Shown here piece after piece: positions 35,535 to 43,555 of a DNA stretch of 64,000 bases. Under the pieces are notes generated by a model. It saw only the letters and a program-made list of their open reading frames with translations. It ran no database searches and was not told where the DNA came from. Position numbers and translations under genes: made by a program. Each line of letters begins with the position of its first letter. The first letter of the stretch is position 1. The stretch comes from Escherichia coli phage phiS: sequence record PP449093.1; one strand, written 5' to 3'.

Positions 35535-36068
35535 ATGTCTGGTTTTAAGATGTGGGATGATTTTACACAAAAAGAAATTAGAGATAAGTATAAACACGTT
35601 AATGGTATATTGTACCATTTGAAAGACAGTGGAAAGAATGGTCGATGGTATAAGGCAGGAGACCCGGTTAAAGTTTATAAAAATAGTCGAGGTTATCTAT
35701 GTTTTAAGTTTTGGCGCAGTGATGGCTATTCTTTGGTCATTAAAGTTCATAGGGTTGTTTGGTATCTTGAACATGGTACGCAAGTTAAAATGATCGACCA
35801 TGTAGATAGAAACCGAGAAAATAATGCACCGGATAACTTGAGAGAATCCACTTCTCAGGAAAATGCATTCAATCGCGGAAAACTTGATGGTTGTAAGAGC
35901 AAGTATAAAGGAGTGATTAGAACACAGAATAACAAATGGTGTGCTCAGATATCAATCAATCGTAGAAAGGTCCATTTGGGCGTCTTTCTTGACGAAGTTG
36001 ATGCTGCAAAGGCTTATGACGAAGCAGCAAAGGAACATTTTGGAGATTATGCTAGTTTAAATTTTTAG
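35535..36068 (+). CDS. HNH homing endonuclease with AP2 DNA-binding domain
   Basis: HNH_3-like motif IDHVDRNRENNAPDNLRESTSQEN; AP2-like domain YKGVIR...KWCAQISINRRKVHLGVF...AAKAYDEAAKEHFGDYASLNF; inserted between genes 2 and 3. Confidence 0.8.
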   Translation: MSGFKMWDDFTQKEIRDKYKHVNGILYHLKDSGKNGRWYKAGDPVKVYKNSRGYLCFKFWRSDGYSLVIKVHRVVWYLEHGTQVKMIDHVDRNRENNAPDNLRESTSQENAFNRGKLDGCKSKYKGVIRTQNNKWCAQISINRRKVHLGVFLDEVDAAKAYDEAAKEHFGDYASLNF

Positions 36069-36099
36069 TTGATAAATATTTTCATTTAAGGAATCGTAA

Positions 36100-36690
36100 A
36101 TGTCCAATCTCTTTAACTATGCTAACCCTAGCAACTGGCAGATTGCCATTCCAGATGGTCAACTAACAAAAGGCTTTACTTTAAACTGTCAAGGTGTTAC
36201 ACTTCCGGCTATAACCATTCCACCGACTAAACAAGTTGCTGGTCAATATGGTTTGGCGGTTGCTGATTATCCGTCTAGTCATGTAGAGTTTGACCCGCTG
36301 GTAGTCCGGTTTATTGTCGATGAGCATTTGGAAAGTTATCTAAACCTTTACACATGGATGCTTTCTATAGTAGACTACAATAACGGTAACTCCACAGCGT
36401 GGAAGGATTCAATGCCGGAAGCCGTTCAAGTTCACATGATGGACAACGAACGCCGTAACATTGTGTGCACTTTTAACTTTTATGGTTGTTGGTGTTCACA
36501 ATTGGGGGAACTTGAGTTAACATACACCGATGATATGCATGAATCTCTGGTGTGTACTGCAATTCTTCCCTTTAAAACAATGAGCATTGAACGTGATGGT
36601 CAACTGATCGTTCCTCGCCCAGCAATTCAGGCGGCGGATCGTCAGAGGGTGGAAGGTATTAAAGCTATGCACCCTGCTTTTAGAAAGTAA
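36100..36690 (+). CDS. 3: tail completion / tube terminator protein gp3 (by position)
   Basis: 196-aa ORF between gene 2 and gene 1 as in T4. Confidence 0.55.
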   Translation: MSNLFNYANPSNWQIAIPDGQLTKGFTLNCQGVTLPAITIPPTKQVAGQYGLAVADYPSSHVEFDPLVVRFIVDEHLESYLNLYTWMLSIVDYNNGNSTAWKDSMPEAVQVHMMDNERRNIVCTFNFYGCWCSQLGELELTYTDDMHESLVCTAILPFKTMSIERDGQLIVPRPAIQAADRQRVEGIKAMHPAFRK

Positions 36691-36705
36691 TAAGAGGCTT
36701 ATATA

Positions 36706-37362
36706 ATGAAATTGATTGCACTTTGTGGTAAAAAGCGAGTAGGAAAAGACACTGCCGCGTTAATCATTGATGGACATAGTTATCAACTGGCAGCACCGAT
36801 CAAAGAAATATTGTGCGAATGTCAACCAGACTTAGGTCTGACTTATCTTGACTTTGACGGGTTAGGGCGTGACAGAGAATCCGATCTAGGTATTGATACC
36901 TATACCGCGCATAAGTGGTTTATTCAGTGTCTTCTTATGCTAGATTCGAAGTATGGTGGTAGTTCCTTTACTTGTGATCGTCTGGCTGAGATTTACAAGG
37001 TCGTTAATGAGATTGGCGAAAAACATAATAACGTCTGGTCTATTCGTCTCATGTTAACCACTCTCGGTACTGATATAATGGTTAACTTGATCAATCCGCT
37101 TTATTGGTGTAATCTCTTCGTGGATGAGTTTATGAAGCGCAAAAATGAAGAAGGTTATTTTGTAGTGGTTGATGTGCGTCAGCCTATTGAAATTGCTCTC
37201 GTGCGTGCTATGGGTGCTAAGGTGTTGCATATTCAGCGTGATACTGGTATTGTATCGACTCACTCCACCGAAAAAGGAATTTTGCCTATTGACGGTGAAA
37301 CCATTATCATAAATAATGGTACATTAGAAGAATTTGAAAGCGCGATTCTCGCGAACATTTAA
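36706..37362 (+). CDS. 1: deoxynucleoside monophosphate kinase gp1
   Basis: P-loop LCGKKRVGKDT near the N-terminus; T4 gene 1 position. Confidence 0.8.
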   Translation: MKLIALCGKKRVGKDTAALIIDGHSYQLAAPIKEILCECQPDLGLTYLDFDGLGRDRESDLGIDTYTAHKWFIQCLLMLDSKYGGSSFTCDRLAEIYKVVNEIGEKHNNVWSIRLMLTTLGTDIMVNLINPLYWCNLFVDEFMKRKNEEGYFVVVDVRQPIEIALVRAMGAKVLHIQRDTGIVSTHSTEKGILPIDGETIIINNGTLEEFESAILANI

Positions 37363-37388
37363 TAAAAAGTTATCAACAAGTAGGAGAT

Positions 37389-37655
37389 GTGAATATGTCC
37401 AATCAGCATGAACAAATGATTAATGTCCTGAAAGTACGTCTGTTTGACACTCAAGAAAAGGCCGCATTCTTAGAAGGCCAACTGAAAGATCGTGAGCGTG
37501 TATTGATGGAACTGGTACGCATTCTGGGTATTCAGCCAGACGAAAACGGCACTGTTTCCCTTGATGCTATTGTCGAAGAAGTGAAAGCACTTCTCCCTAA
37601 AGACGAAGCCGCAGAAGAAGCAGAAGAGGAAGTAGAACTGATCAAGGAGGCTTGA
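37389..37655 (+). CDS. 57A: tail fiber assembly chaperone gp57A-like
   Basis: 88-aa helical, acidic-tailed ORF between gene 1 and 57B; position and size. Confidence 0.5.
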   Translation: MNMSNQHEQMINVLKVRLFDTQEKAAFLEGQLKDRERVLMELVRILGIQPDENGTVSLDAIVEEVKALLPKDEAAEEAEEEVELIKEA

Positions 37656-38122
37656 TTATGACCCCGTTTAGAGAATCCGTTAAAGGTACATATGCGGCGG
37701 TTAAATTCACTGAGGATACACTAGACCGCATTGAAAAATTGCAGGAGTTCTACGATCTGCCTAATGCCGTTCCTCGTGATAAACTGCATAGCACTATCTT
37801 ATATTCTCGTGTCTATGTTCCGTTTATCCCAGAAGAAGGGGAGAAGTTCTTAGGCTCTCTATGCCATCTGAAAGTGTTTGAAACTCAATCCGGTACTAAT
37901 GCGCTTGTGCTGGCATTTGAAAGCGACTACATGCAATTCAGACACGATATCGGCACTGCTTTAGGTGCGACGTGGGATTATCCTGAATATGTACCGCATA
38001 TCACGCTTTCTTATGATGTTGGTGCGCGTAAATTTGGCACTGACCTAGAGTTTGATTTAGAGATTGTCCGATCTCATGAGTATGTCGAAGATCTAGACCT
38101 GGAGTGGACGACCAAACTGTAA
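37652..38122 (+). CDS. acb1: 2H phosphoesterase, Acb1-like (gene 57B) cyclic-oligonucleotide nuclease
   Basis: 156-aa ORF with two H-x-T/S-x motifs (HSTIL and HITLS) typical of the 2H/LigT fold; position of T4 57B, which I recall as anti-CBASS Acb1. Confidence 0.7.
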   Translation: MIMTPFRESVKGTYAAVKFTEDTLDRIEKLQEFYDLPNAVPRDKLHSTILYSRVYVPFIPEEGEKFLGSLCHLKVFETQSGTNALVLAFESDYMQFRHDIGTALGATWDYPEYVPHITLSYDVGARKFGTDLEFDLEIVRSHEYVEDLDLEWTTKL

Positions 38123-38129
38123 TTTTATA

Positions 38130-38160
38130 CCCCGAAAATTTTTCGGGGTTTTTTGTTTTT
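38130..38160 (+). terminator. Rho-independent terminator
   Basis: Hairpin CCCCGAAAATTTTTCGGGG followed by a long T-run. Confidence 0.7.
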
Positions 38161-38165
38161 AGGTG

Positions 38166-38194
38166 TTGACAACCATAAACGACTATAGCATAAT
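38166..38194 (+). promoter_or_regulatory. early promoter cassette copy 1 (TTGACA-17-CATAAT)
   Basis: Sigma70-like -35/-10 followed by conserved leader ATCGAAACGAAACAC and SD GGAGAATCAAA ATG. Confidence 0.6.
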
Positions 38195-38231
38195 GCACAT
38201 ATCGAAACGAAACACATTTAGGAGAATCAAA

Positions 38232-38609
38232 ATGATGATGATGTTTAAAGATAAGTTCGAATGTCACTACACCCGTAACTTTTACTTAGTATCCCGCTAC
38301 TACATTCATAAAGAAACTGGTACGCAAGTAGTTCTTGAATCTCACAGCGAAGTAGGATTCGATTCAACAAAAGTAGCAATTAGTGCTCGCTTCTGGGATA
38401 ACGGCAAATTTGCTTATATCGCTTGGAACGACGACGAAAATGTAATTACAGTAGCTTTCGGTGATGACTACTACACTAAAAAGACTTTCGATAGCAAGCC
38501 ATCAAATGAATACCTGAAAGCGTATGTGCAGCACATGTTCCAACGTGTTCTGACCGGAATGGAAATCAATGTCATGAAAGACATTGTAGACGAAGTAAAA
38601 TTTTCTTAA
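38232..38609 (+). CDS. hypothetical protein (125 aa)
   Basis: ORF trimmed to first ATG after the GGAGAATCAAA SD (MMMMFKDK...). Confidence 0.55.
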   Translation: MMMMFKDKFECHYTRNFYLVSRYYIHKETGTQVVLESHSEVGFDSTKVAISARFWDNGKFAYIAWNDDENVITVAFGDDYYTKKTFDSKPSNEYLKAYVQHMFQRVLTGMEINVMKDIVDEVKFS

Positions 38610-38615
38610 AAACAG

Positions 38616-38644
38616 TTGACAACATGAAACGGGGGTAGTAAGAT
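38616..38644 (+). promoter_or_regulatory. early promoter cassette copy 2 (TTGACA-17-TAAGAT)
   Basis: Same cassette architecture with palindromic spacer. Confidence 0.55.
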
Positions 38645-38675
38645 ACACCCACAAACAAACGAAAGGAGAATCAAA

Positions 38676-38834
38676 ATGAAATTTATCGGTAAAACTTTTA
38701 TGTTCGTAGCTGGTACTCTGTTTACTGCAACTCTGTTAGCTGGTGGCTTAGATATCTTTACTGCATTTGAAACTTTCGGGTATACTGTAGCATCGGGTGC
38801 TCTCTTCGGATTGGGTTTAGCGATTAGCAAATAA
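38676..38834 (+). CDS. small membrane protein (52 aa)
   Basis: ORF MKFIGKTFMFVAGTLFTATLLAGG... after SD AGGAGAATCAAA; hydrophobic; below ORF-track cutoff. Confidence 0.5.
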   Translation: MKFIGKTFMFVAGTLFTATLLAGGLDIFTAFETFGYTVASGALFGLGLAISK

Positions 38835-38843
38835 GGTGATAAT

Positions 38844-39047
38844 ATGGAATTTGATATGGTTAAAGCAAAATTTATGGGTAAGGATAAGAGCGGTAAAACA
38901 TTTGTTATTAATAGAACATTGTTTCGCTCTGACCTTAAGTGGGTAACACAACAATTTGCGGAAGTCAACGAGGCAGTTGTGACATGCTTCGTTGATGGTA
39001 AAAAAGTTTTTGAAATTGATCGTCGTGGGATGTCTAATGATCACTAA
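38844..39047 (+). CDS. hypothetical protein (67 aa)
   Basis: ORF with SD GGTGA upstream. Confidence 0.5.
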   Translation: MEFDMVKAKFMGKDKSGKTFVINRTLFRSDLKWVTQQFAEVNEAVVTCFVDGKKVFEIDRRGMSNDH

Positions 39048-39234
39048 ACTGTTTAGCAATACTTTGTTTCTGATTGTATTTGTTTTCTTTCTGTGTCTGA
39101 TGACCGGTGTTGTTACAGTAGGTAGCTATTCCGGTATTACCTTAGATGATTTTTGTGATCTTGTTTTAGTGTCGTTTATTCCTAGTCTACTGGTCGCTTT
39201 ATGTAGTGCTTTAATGTGGGTTTGTAAGCTATGA
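39037..39234 (+). CDS. small membrane protein (65 aa)
   Basis: Hydrophobic ORF MITKLFSNTLFLIVFVFFLCLMTG... Confidence 0.45.
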   Translation: MITKLFSNTLFLIVFVFFLCLMTGVVTVGSYSGITLDDFCDLVLVSFIPSLLVALCSALMWVCKL

Positions 39235-39341
39235 ACGAAATAGACCGAATGATGTTGATAGGTGGACCGGAGTCCACTAAATTTGATGCAATTCTTATTG
39301 CGTTGGGTTTTCTTATGATCTTTTGTATGGTTGCGCTATGA
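39231..39341 (+). CDS. small membrane peptide (36 aa)
   Basis: ATGA overlap with preceding gene; hydrophobic C-terminus ILIALGFLMIFCMVAL. Confidence 0.35.
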   Translation: MNEIDRMMLIGGPESTKFDAILIALGFLMIFCMVAL

Positions 39342-39562
39342 GTAGTATAAAATATTTCGCTTTCTTGTGCTTTATGATGTTCTTTACATTCTTAGCATGT
39401 GTTTTCTTTACCTGGCTTGCTCATGTTGATAATGCAACCGGACCGTTTTACTTCTTCTGTGTATTGTCTGTGTTGACTGGTGCTCTTGTTACGTGGATGA
39501 TTCGAGATTGTTATGGAATGTATAAGTTTGAAAAGACTCGACCGAAATTGGGCAAACGATGA
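39338..39562 (+). CDS. small membrane protein (74 aa)
   Basis: ATGA overlap start; two hydrophobic segments. Confidence 0.45.
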   Translation: MSSIKYFAFLCFMMFFTFLACVFFTWLAHVDNATGPFYFFCVLSVLTGALVTWMIRDCYGMYKFEKTRPKLGKR

Positions 39563-39741
39563 AATTATTTGCGTGGCTAATTATTTTAAATGTAATTGTT
39601 AAGACCGTTCTCGCTGGTCTGATGATGGCGCATAGCACCGAACCAGAAGAAGCATTAACGTATTTTGTTGCTTATGTGTTGGGATTCTTGCTTACTGCGT
39701 GGATGTGTGATGAATATCGAAGAATTGAGGTAAAACCATGA
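39559..39741 (+). CDS. small membrane protein (60 aa)
   Basis: ATGA-coupled ORF; hydrophobic. Confidence 0.45.
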   Translation: MKLFAWLIILNVIVKTVLAGLMMAHSTEPEEALTYFVAYVLGFLLTAWMCDEYRRIEVKP

Positions 39742-39956
39742 AAATGACTTTTTATATCTTAGCAAGTATCATGCTTGTGATCTCTTCTGCACTATTTGCA
39801 TTTCTTACCGTTTGGGGGATCTGTACTGATGCGAAGCCGTGGGATATCGTAGAAAATACGGTTATGTTTATTATTAGTGTCATGTGTCTTTTTGATGCAT
39901 TTAACTCTATCAAGGAAGAAGATCAAAAACGTCGCGAGAGAAAGCGATATAAATAA
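39738..39956 (+). CDS. small membrane protein (72 aa)
   Basis: ATGA-coupled ORF; two hydrophobic segments and basic C-terminus. Confidence 0.45.
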   Translation: MKMTFYILASIMLVISSALFAFLTVWGICTDAKPWDIVENTVMFIISVMCLFDAFNSIKEEDQKRRERKRYK

Positions 39957-39959
39957 TAG

Positions 39960-40106
39960 TGAACTAAAGACAGCGCGGTTAGAATGATTTGGACGTCACC
40001 TAGCCGCATTTATTACAGCGTATGTTGGCGATCCGGTACGCTAAAGCATTCACTTGCTAGGCCGCTAGCAGGTTGGAGACAAGGAAGATTCGCTACCTTC
40101 CCTATA
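39960..40106 (+). ncRNA. candidate structured small RNA (unclassified)
   Basis: 150-nt ORF-free segment with several inverted repeats (GCGGTTAG...CTAGCCGC, GCTAGGCCGCTAGC, GGAAG...CTTCC) ending at a strong terminator. Confidence 0.25.
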
Positions 40107-40132
40107 AGCCACTCTTCGGAGTGGCTTTTTTA
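40107..40132 (+). terminator. Rho-independent terminator
   Basis: Hairpin AAGCCACTCTTCGGAGTGGCTT followed by TTTTTAT. Confidence 0.7.
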
Positions 40133-40158
40133 TTGCCTAAAATTTTTTAAAAAAGTTG

Positions 40159-40187
40159 TTGACACCAGATCCGGCCTATAGCATAAT
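40159..40187 (+). promoter_or_regulatory. early promoter cassette copy 3 (TTGACA-17-CATAAT)
   Basis: Conserved cassette with leader ATCGAAACGAAACAC. Confidence 0.6.
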
Positions 40188-40233
40188 ACACCCATCGAAA
40201 CGAAACACACTTTCTTAAACGGAGAATCAAATT

Positions 40234-40419
40234 ATGGCACGTCGCATCACTAAAGCACTGAAAGCAGTAAGCAAAGAAAACGTAGTAGCTATTCTGGTAA
40301 TCTGGGGTTATAACGAAGAATCCGCTAAACAGAAAGTTGAAGCAGGGTTTGAACTGGCAGTAAAAGCAATGCCGAATGATGACTCTGTAGGACTGGCAAA
40401 CTATATTGCATATTTCTGA
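40234..40419 (+). CDS. hypothetical protein (61 aa)
   Basis: ORF after cassette SD GGAGAATCAAA. Confidence 0.55.
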   Translation: MARRITKALKAVSKENVVAILVIWGYNEESAKQKVEAGFELAVKAMPNDDSVGLANYIAYF

Positions 40420-40427
40420 TAAAAGTG

Positions 40428-40456
40428 TTGACAGGGGAGGATAACTCCCCTACAAT
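40428..40456 (+). promoter_or_regulatory. early promoter cassette copy 4 (TTGACA-17-TACAAT) with GGGGAG/CTCCCC palindrome in spacer
   Basis: TTGACAGGGGAGGATAACTCCCCTACAAT. Confidence 0.6.
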
Positions 40457-40485
40457 ACAAACATCAACGAAACGGGAGAATCAAA

Positions 40486-40707
40486 ATGATTAACTTTAAA
40501 GACGCAGCAAAAGAAATTATCGACTTTGAGCGTGAACTGTTTGAGATGGAACCAAATATGAGTAAACTGGAATTGGCTAACCAGATCTGGTGCTCTAAGA
40601 TGAATCCATCCGACCGCTTAGAAGTTATGAACATCGTAGGCGAAGTGAAAGGTAGTGCATTAATGAAACTCCGCGCTTGTCACGCTTACATCGCTGATCA
40701 ACTATAA
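40486..40707 (+). CDS. hypothetical protein (73 aa)
   Basis: ORF after cassette SD. Confidence 0.55.
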   Translation: MINFKDAAKEIIDFERELFEMEPNMSKLELANQIWCSKMNPSDRLEVMNIVGEVKGSALMKLRACHAYIADQL

Positions 40708-40716
40708 GGGGGTAAT

Positions 40717-40911
40717 ATGGGGGATAAACCATTAGTACAACTAAGAGTACGCTATAACCAGATTTTAGCATTACTTAAAGCTGAGGGTGTAGACCCATCG
40801 GACCGCGAGGCTGTAAAAGCGTGTCTATCTGATACGGTACAGCCAAAACATAATTTTGCTTGTTATATGTACTTTTACAATAGGTTGAATAGACCGTTTG
40901 AGTTTGAATAA
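40717..40911 (+). CDS. hypothetical protein (64 aa)
   Basis: ORF with SD GGGGG upstream. Confidence 0.5.
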   Translation: MGDKPLVQLRVRYNQILALLKAEGVDPSDREAVKACLSDTVQPKHNFACYMYFYNRLNRPFEFE

Positions 40912-40933
40912 CGTTAAGTGTTGAGGTGATACT

Positions 40934-41122
40934 ATGGAAGACCAAATTGAACAATTACGCGAATCCGCTAAAGAGCATGGTATGAGCGAAGCGTTTGTAG
41001 AATGGTTTATCTCTAAAAAGGTTGATTCCTGCGGGTGCTTTAACTTCCTTACTATGTCCATTATGTGGGAAGGTTGGAAAGGTGCTGTAGAAACTGCTCT
41101 AGAAATTATGAAAAAAGACTAA
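40934..41122 (+). CDS. hypothetical protein (62 aa)
   Basis: ORF with SD GAGGTG upstream. Confidence 0.5.
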   Translation: MEDQIEQLRESAKEHGMSEAFVEWFISKKVDSCGCFNFLTMSIMWEGWKGAVETALEIMKKD

Positions 41123-41130
41123 AAAAGTTG

Positions 41131-41159
41131 TTGACACGCGAGAGGGTGTATAGCATAAT
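41131..41159 (+). promoter_or_regulatory. early promoter cassette copy 5 (TTGACA-17-CATAAT)
   Basis: GGGTGTAT/ATACACCC palindrome spanning the -10. Confidence 0.6.
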
Positions 41160-41201
41160 ACACCCATCGAAACGAAACACGAACTACTAAGGAGTATCAA
41201 A

Positions 41202-41528
41202 ATGAAACCAGTATCTGTTAAAGTTATCTTCTCTGAATCTTCTGTATTCGCTAACGCAAACGAAGTATTCCACTTCGAAGACTTCGAGCGTAAAGCACAG
41301 GACGCGGCAGCAAAAGCCTATGAAAGCGAATATGACAAAACTCAAATCGAGGTTACTTTCGAAAACGGCACTACTTACGCTTGCCGCCTTGACCTGGGTG
41401 ATCGTCTGTCTGGCTTCCGTCACCATGTAGAGAAGACAATCGCTTTCTCTAAAACCGAAAAAGGAAAACACTACTTTTCTGTTTTCGGTACTAAAAATCT
41501 GGATTTCTTGAAAACTGTTTCTTTCTAA
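41202..41528 (+). CDS. hypothetical protein (108 aa)
   Basis: ORF after cassette SD AGGAGTATCAAA. Confidence 0.55.
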   Translation: MKPVSVKVIFSESSVFANANEVFHFEDFERKAQDAAAKAYESEYDKTQIEVTFENGTTYACRLDLGDRLSGFRHHVEKTIAFSKTEKGKHYFSVFGTKNLDFLKTVSF

Positions 41529-41536
41529 GGTATATT

Positions 41537-41719
41537 ATGAAAAAGATTAATTGGTTAGCGAACATAGGCGCGGTCTGCGCCTTTAACATCCTCGGATGGA
41601 TAATGTTACATTTTGATGAGCGAGTTTCAAAATGTGAGGGTGCATTGATTCTCGGATCTGCTAGCATATTCATTATGCTGTATGTAATTGCTGTTGACTT
41701 AAGCCGCGAGGATTGTTAA
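41537..41719 (+). CDS. small membrane protein (60 aa)
   Basis: Hydrophobic ORF. Confidence 0.45.
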   Translation: MKKINWLANIGAVCAFNILGWIMLHFDERVSKCEGALILGSASIFIMLYVIAVDLSREDC

Positions 41720-41720
41720 T

Positions 41721-41915
41721 ATGAATATTACTAATACGGCTATCGGATTTTCTAGCGCCTTTGCTAGTTTCTTTGCGCTGGTCTGTATGTTTGTTTTTAT
41801 TCCTGTTGTATATCTTGGATATTGTGATATTGAAATTGCATTGATTGCTGGGATCTATATGTGGGTTGCGGTCTTTGTTCTTTCTGTTATAATGTGCAAG
41901 ATTATTGACCATTGA
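41721..41915 (+). CDS. small membrane protein (64 aa)
   Basis: Hydrophobic ORF, two predicted TM segments. Confidence 0.45.
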   Translation: MNITNTAIGFSSAFASFFALVCMFVFIPVVYLGYCDIEIALIAGIYMWVAVFVLSVIMCKIIDH

Positions 41916-41937
41916 TTAACTATGTGAGGATTATACT

Positions 41938-42258
41938 ATGAGCAAACTGTTTGAAACTCCGCGTGAAATTCTAATTGATAAGCTGAAACAACGTGGTTTT
42001 AAAATCAAAGATGCAACCAAATACAGCCGAATTGATGAAATTAAGTTGCATTCTCTTGATGAACTGGTAGAATATGTTGCGGCAGTGGCTGATCCGCAGT
42101 TTGATGTGATTGTAGGTGACGTTGAATATCTCGATAATGTATATTCATTCTTCACTTATGGTAAAATTGTGTCTGTGAAAATATCATTCTGTGAAAATGT
42201 GGAGGTGCTTGCTAGTGAACCAGAAAAACCAACTGACAACGGTCCTACGGCAGCGTAA
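41938..42258 (+). CDS. hypothetical protein (106 aa)
   Basis: ORF preceded by TGAGGATTATACTATG initiation motif. Confidence 0.55.
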   Translation: MSKLFETPREILIDKLKQRGFKIKDATKYSRIDEIKLHSLDELVEYVAAVADPQFDVIVGDVEYLDNVYSFFTYGKIVSVKISFCENVEVLASEPEKPTDNGPTAA

Positions 42259-42529
42259 CAAGGAAGACCGTCTGATTTATGCGCTGGCGGTTATCCTTGA
42301 AAAAGAATTACCGGATCTTGATGTAGTTTTTACTGACCGACCAGTAGGCCAACGTTACGGAGGATATGACAGCCTAGTTTATCCATCATATAGCATTGAA
42401 ATGTGGGTAGAAGATTTTAAAAACTTGGCTGATACATCTAAACCGCTTTATTTGTGGGATGTTGAGTATAATTGCGATCCTAACTGGCCTGGCATTAATG
42501 TTTATGCGTCTATGACTTTAAAGGTGTGA
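42191..42529 (+). CDS. hypothetical protein (start uncertain, GTG/ATG within upstream gene)
   Basis: Long ORF overlapping the preceding gene by about 65 nt; true start not resolved. Confidence 0.4.
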   Translation: MKMWRCLLVNQKNQLTTVLRQRNKEDRLIYALAVILEKELPDLDVVFTDRPVGQRYGGYDSLVYPSYSIEMWVEDFKNLADTSKPLYLWDVEYNCDPNWPGINVYASMTLKV

Positions 42530-42531
42530 TA

Positions 42532-42690
42532 ATGGTTGAACAAATGTTAACTTCAATGGTAATGGCTTTCTGTGTGGGTGTTGTTCTGTTTGCGATGATT
42601 CCAAAAGACCGAATGAATCTGCTTGTTGCTGTGTGTTTGGGTGTGGTTAGCGGTTGGTGTGGAATCGTTCTAGAACACGCTCTGCGATGA
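42532..42690 (+). CDS. small membrane peptide (52 aa)
   Basis: Hydrophobic ORF MVEQMLTSMVMAFCVGVVLFAMIP... Confidence 0.4.
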   Translation: MVEQMLTSMVMAFCVGVVLFAMIPKDRMNLLVAVCLGVVSGWCGIVLEHALR

Positions 42691-42751
42691 TTAACAATGC
42701 GGGTAGGGTAATGTACTACCCGCACTAAATTAGCTCACTGGAGGGCTTTCT

Positions 42752-42940
42752 ATGGCGTTTTGTCTATGGTTGCTTATAGTATGCTTTGTAATTGGTTTAT
42801 GCTTCTATACTGGCGTATTCTGTTTTGTCGCCTGGATAGACGGCGGATTCTCTAATATCATTTTGCTTGCAGGATCAATTGCCTCGTTTCTGTTTATTTG
42901 GCTATTTTCATATTTGATTGGTGAATGGGATTTATTATGA
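42752..42940 (+). CDS. small membrane protein (62 aa)
   Basis: Hydrophobic ORF. Confidence 0.45.
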   Translation: MAFCLWLLIVCFVIGLCFYTGVFCFVAWIDGGFSNIILLAGSIASFLFIWLFSYLIGEWDLL

Positions 42941-43116
42941 ACAAATATATGTTTTGGGCGACCATTGCCTATGTTGTGATTGCGGTAGTATGGGGATTCT
43001 GTGTTATTGTCGCTTCTCTGATCTGGTGGGAATCACTTGGTGCGGGTTGTCTGATTAGCGGCGCATCATGTCTTATCACTGGCGTGATTGTTGGTTTTCT
43101 TGTGTCGGAGGCTTGA
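42937..43116 (+). CDS. small membrane protein (59 aa)
   Basis: ATGA overlap start; hydrophobic. Confidence 0.45.
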   Translation: MNKYMFWATIAYVVIAVVWGFCVIVASLIWWESLGAGCLISGASCLITGVIVGFLVSEA

Positions 43117-43118
43117 CA

Positions 43119-43334
43119 ATGGTTTTCTTCGGTCTTATTATAATGGTGCTTAATGTCATTTGTGGCGTTGCTATGTTAGCTATGGCCTTTACTGTTCCTA
43201 TGTCTGTTGATAGCGCCGCATCCGTAGGTGTGTTGGGAATTGTAAACCTGTTTACCGCCCTAGCATGTTGGATCACCGGACGCGATGAGGTAATGTATTA
43301 CTTTTATAAACGTAAACAGAGAAAAGGAAAATAA
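43119..43334 (+). CDS. small membrane protein (71 aa)
   Basis: Hydrophobic ORF with basic C-terminus KRKQRKGK. Confidence 0.45.
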   Translation: MVFFGLIIMVLNVICGVAMLAMAFTVPMSVDSAASVGVLGIVNLFTALACWITGRDEVMYYFYKRKQRKGK

Positions 43335-43335
43335 T

Positions 43336-43527
43336 ATGAAATTTGCATTTGGTTTTACCGTGATGTTGATTATTGCTCTGAGTATGTGTACCGGAATGCT
43401 TGTATTTGGTCTTGCAAACGGGTTTAGCATTTATAATAATCAGTGGGTTGATTGGGGAATGGTTGTCGTTAATGCGATCCTGATTGGTGCTAATACAAGA
43501 AATCTATGCAGGATCGCCGGAATCTAA
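43336..43527 (+). CDS. small membrane protein (63 aa), immediately upstream of endolysin
   Basis: Two hydrophobic segments; adjacent to the endolysin gene. Confidence 0.45.
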   Translation: MKFAFGFTVMLIIALSMCTGMLVFGLANGFSIYNNQWVDWGMVVVNAILIGANTRNLCRIAGI

Positions 43528-43555
43528 ATATTATCACTCACAAAGGGGGTGAATA

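Noticed and set aside
39960-40106. tRNA gene in the ORF-free structured segment
   Set aside because: No acceptable cloverleaf: no GTTCRANYC T-loop with a 7-bp acceptor stem and no CCA-compatible 3' end could be built by eye; left as an unclassified ncRNA candidate.
41187-41471. Minus-strand ORF 41187-41471 (94 aa)
   Set aside because: Completely overlaps a plus-strand ORF that has a promoter cassette and SD; antisense orientation in an otherwise unidirectional early operon.
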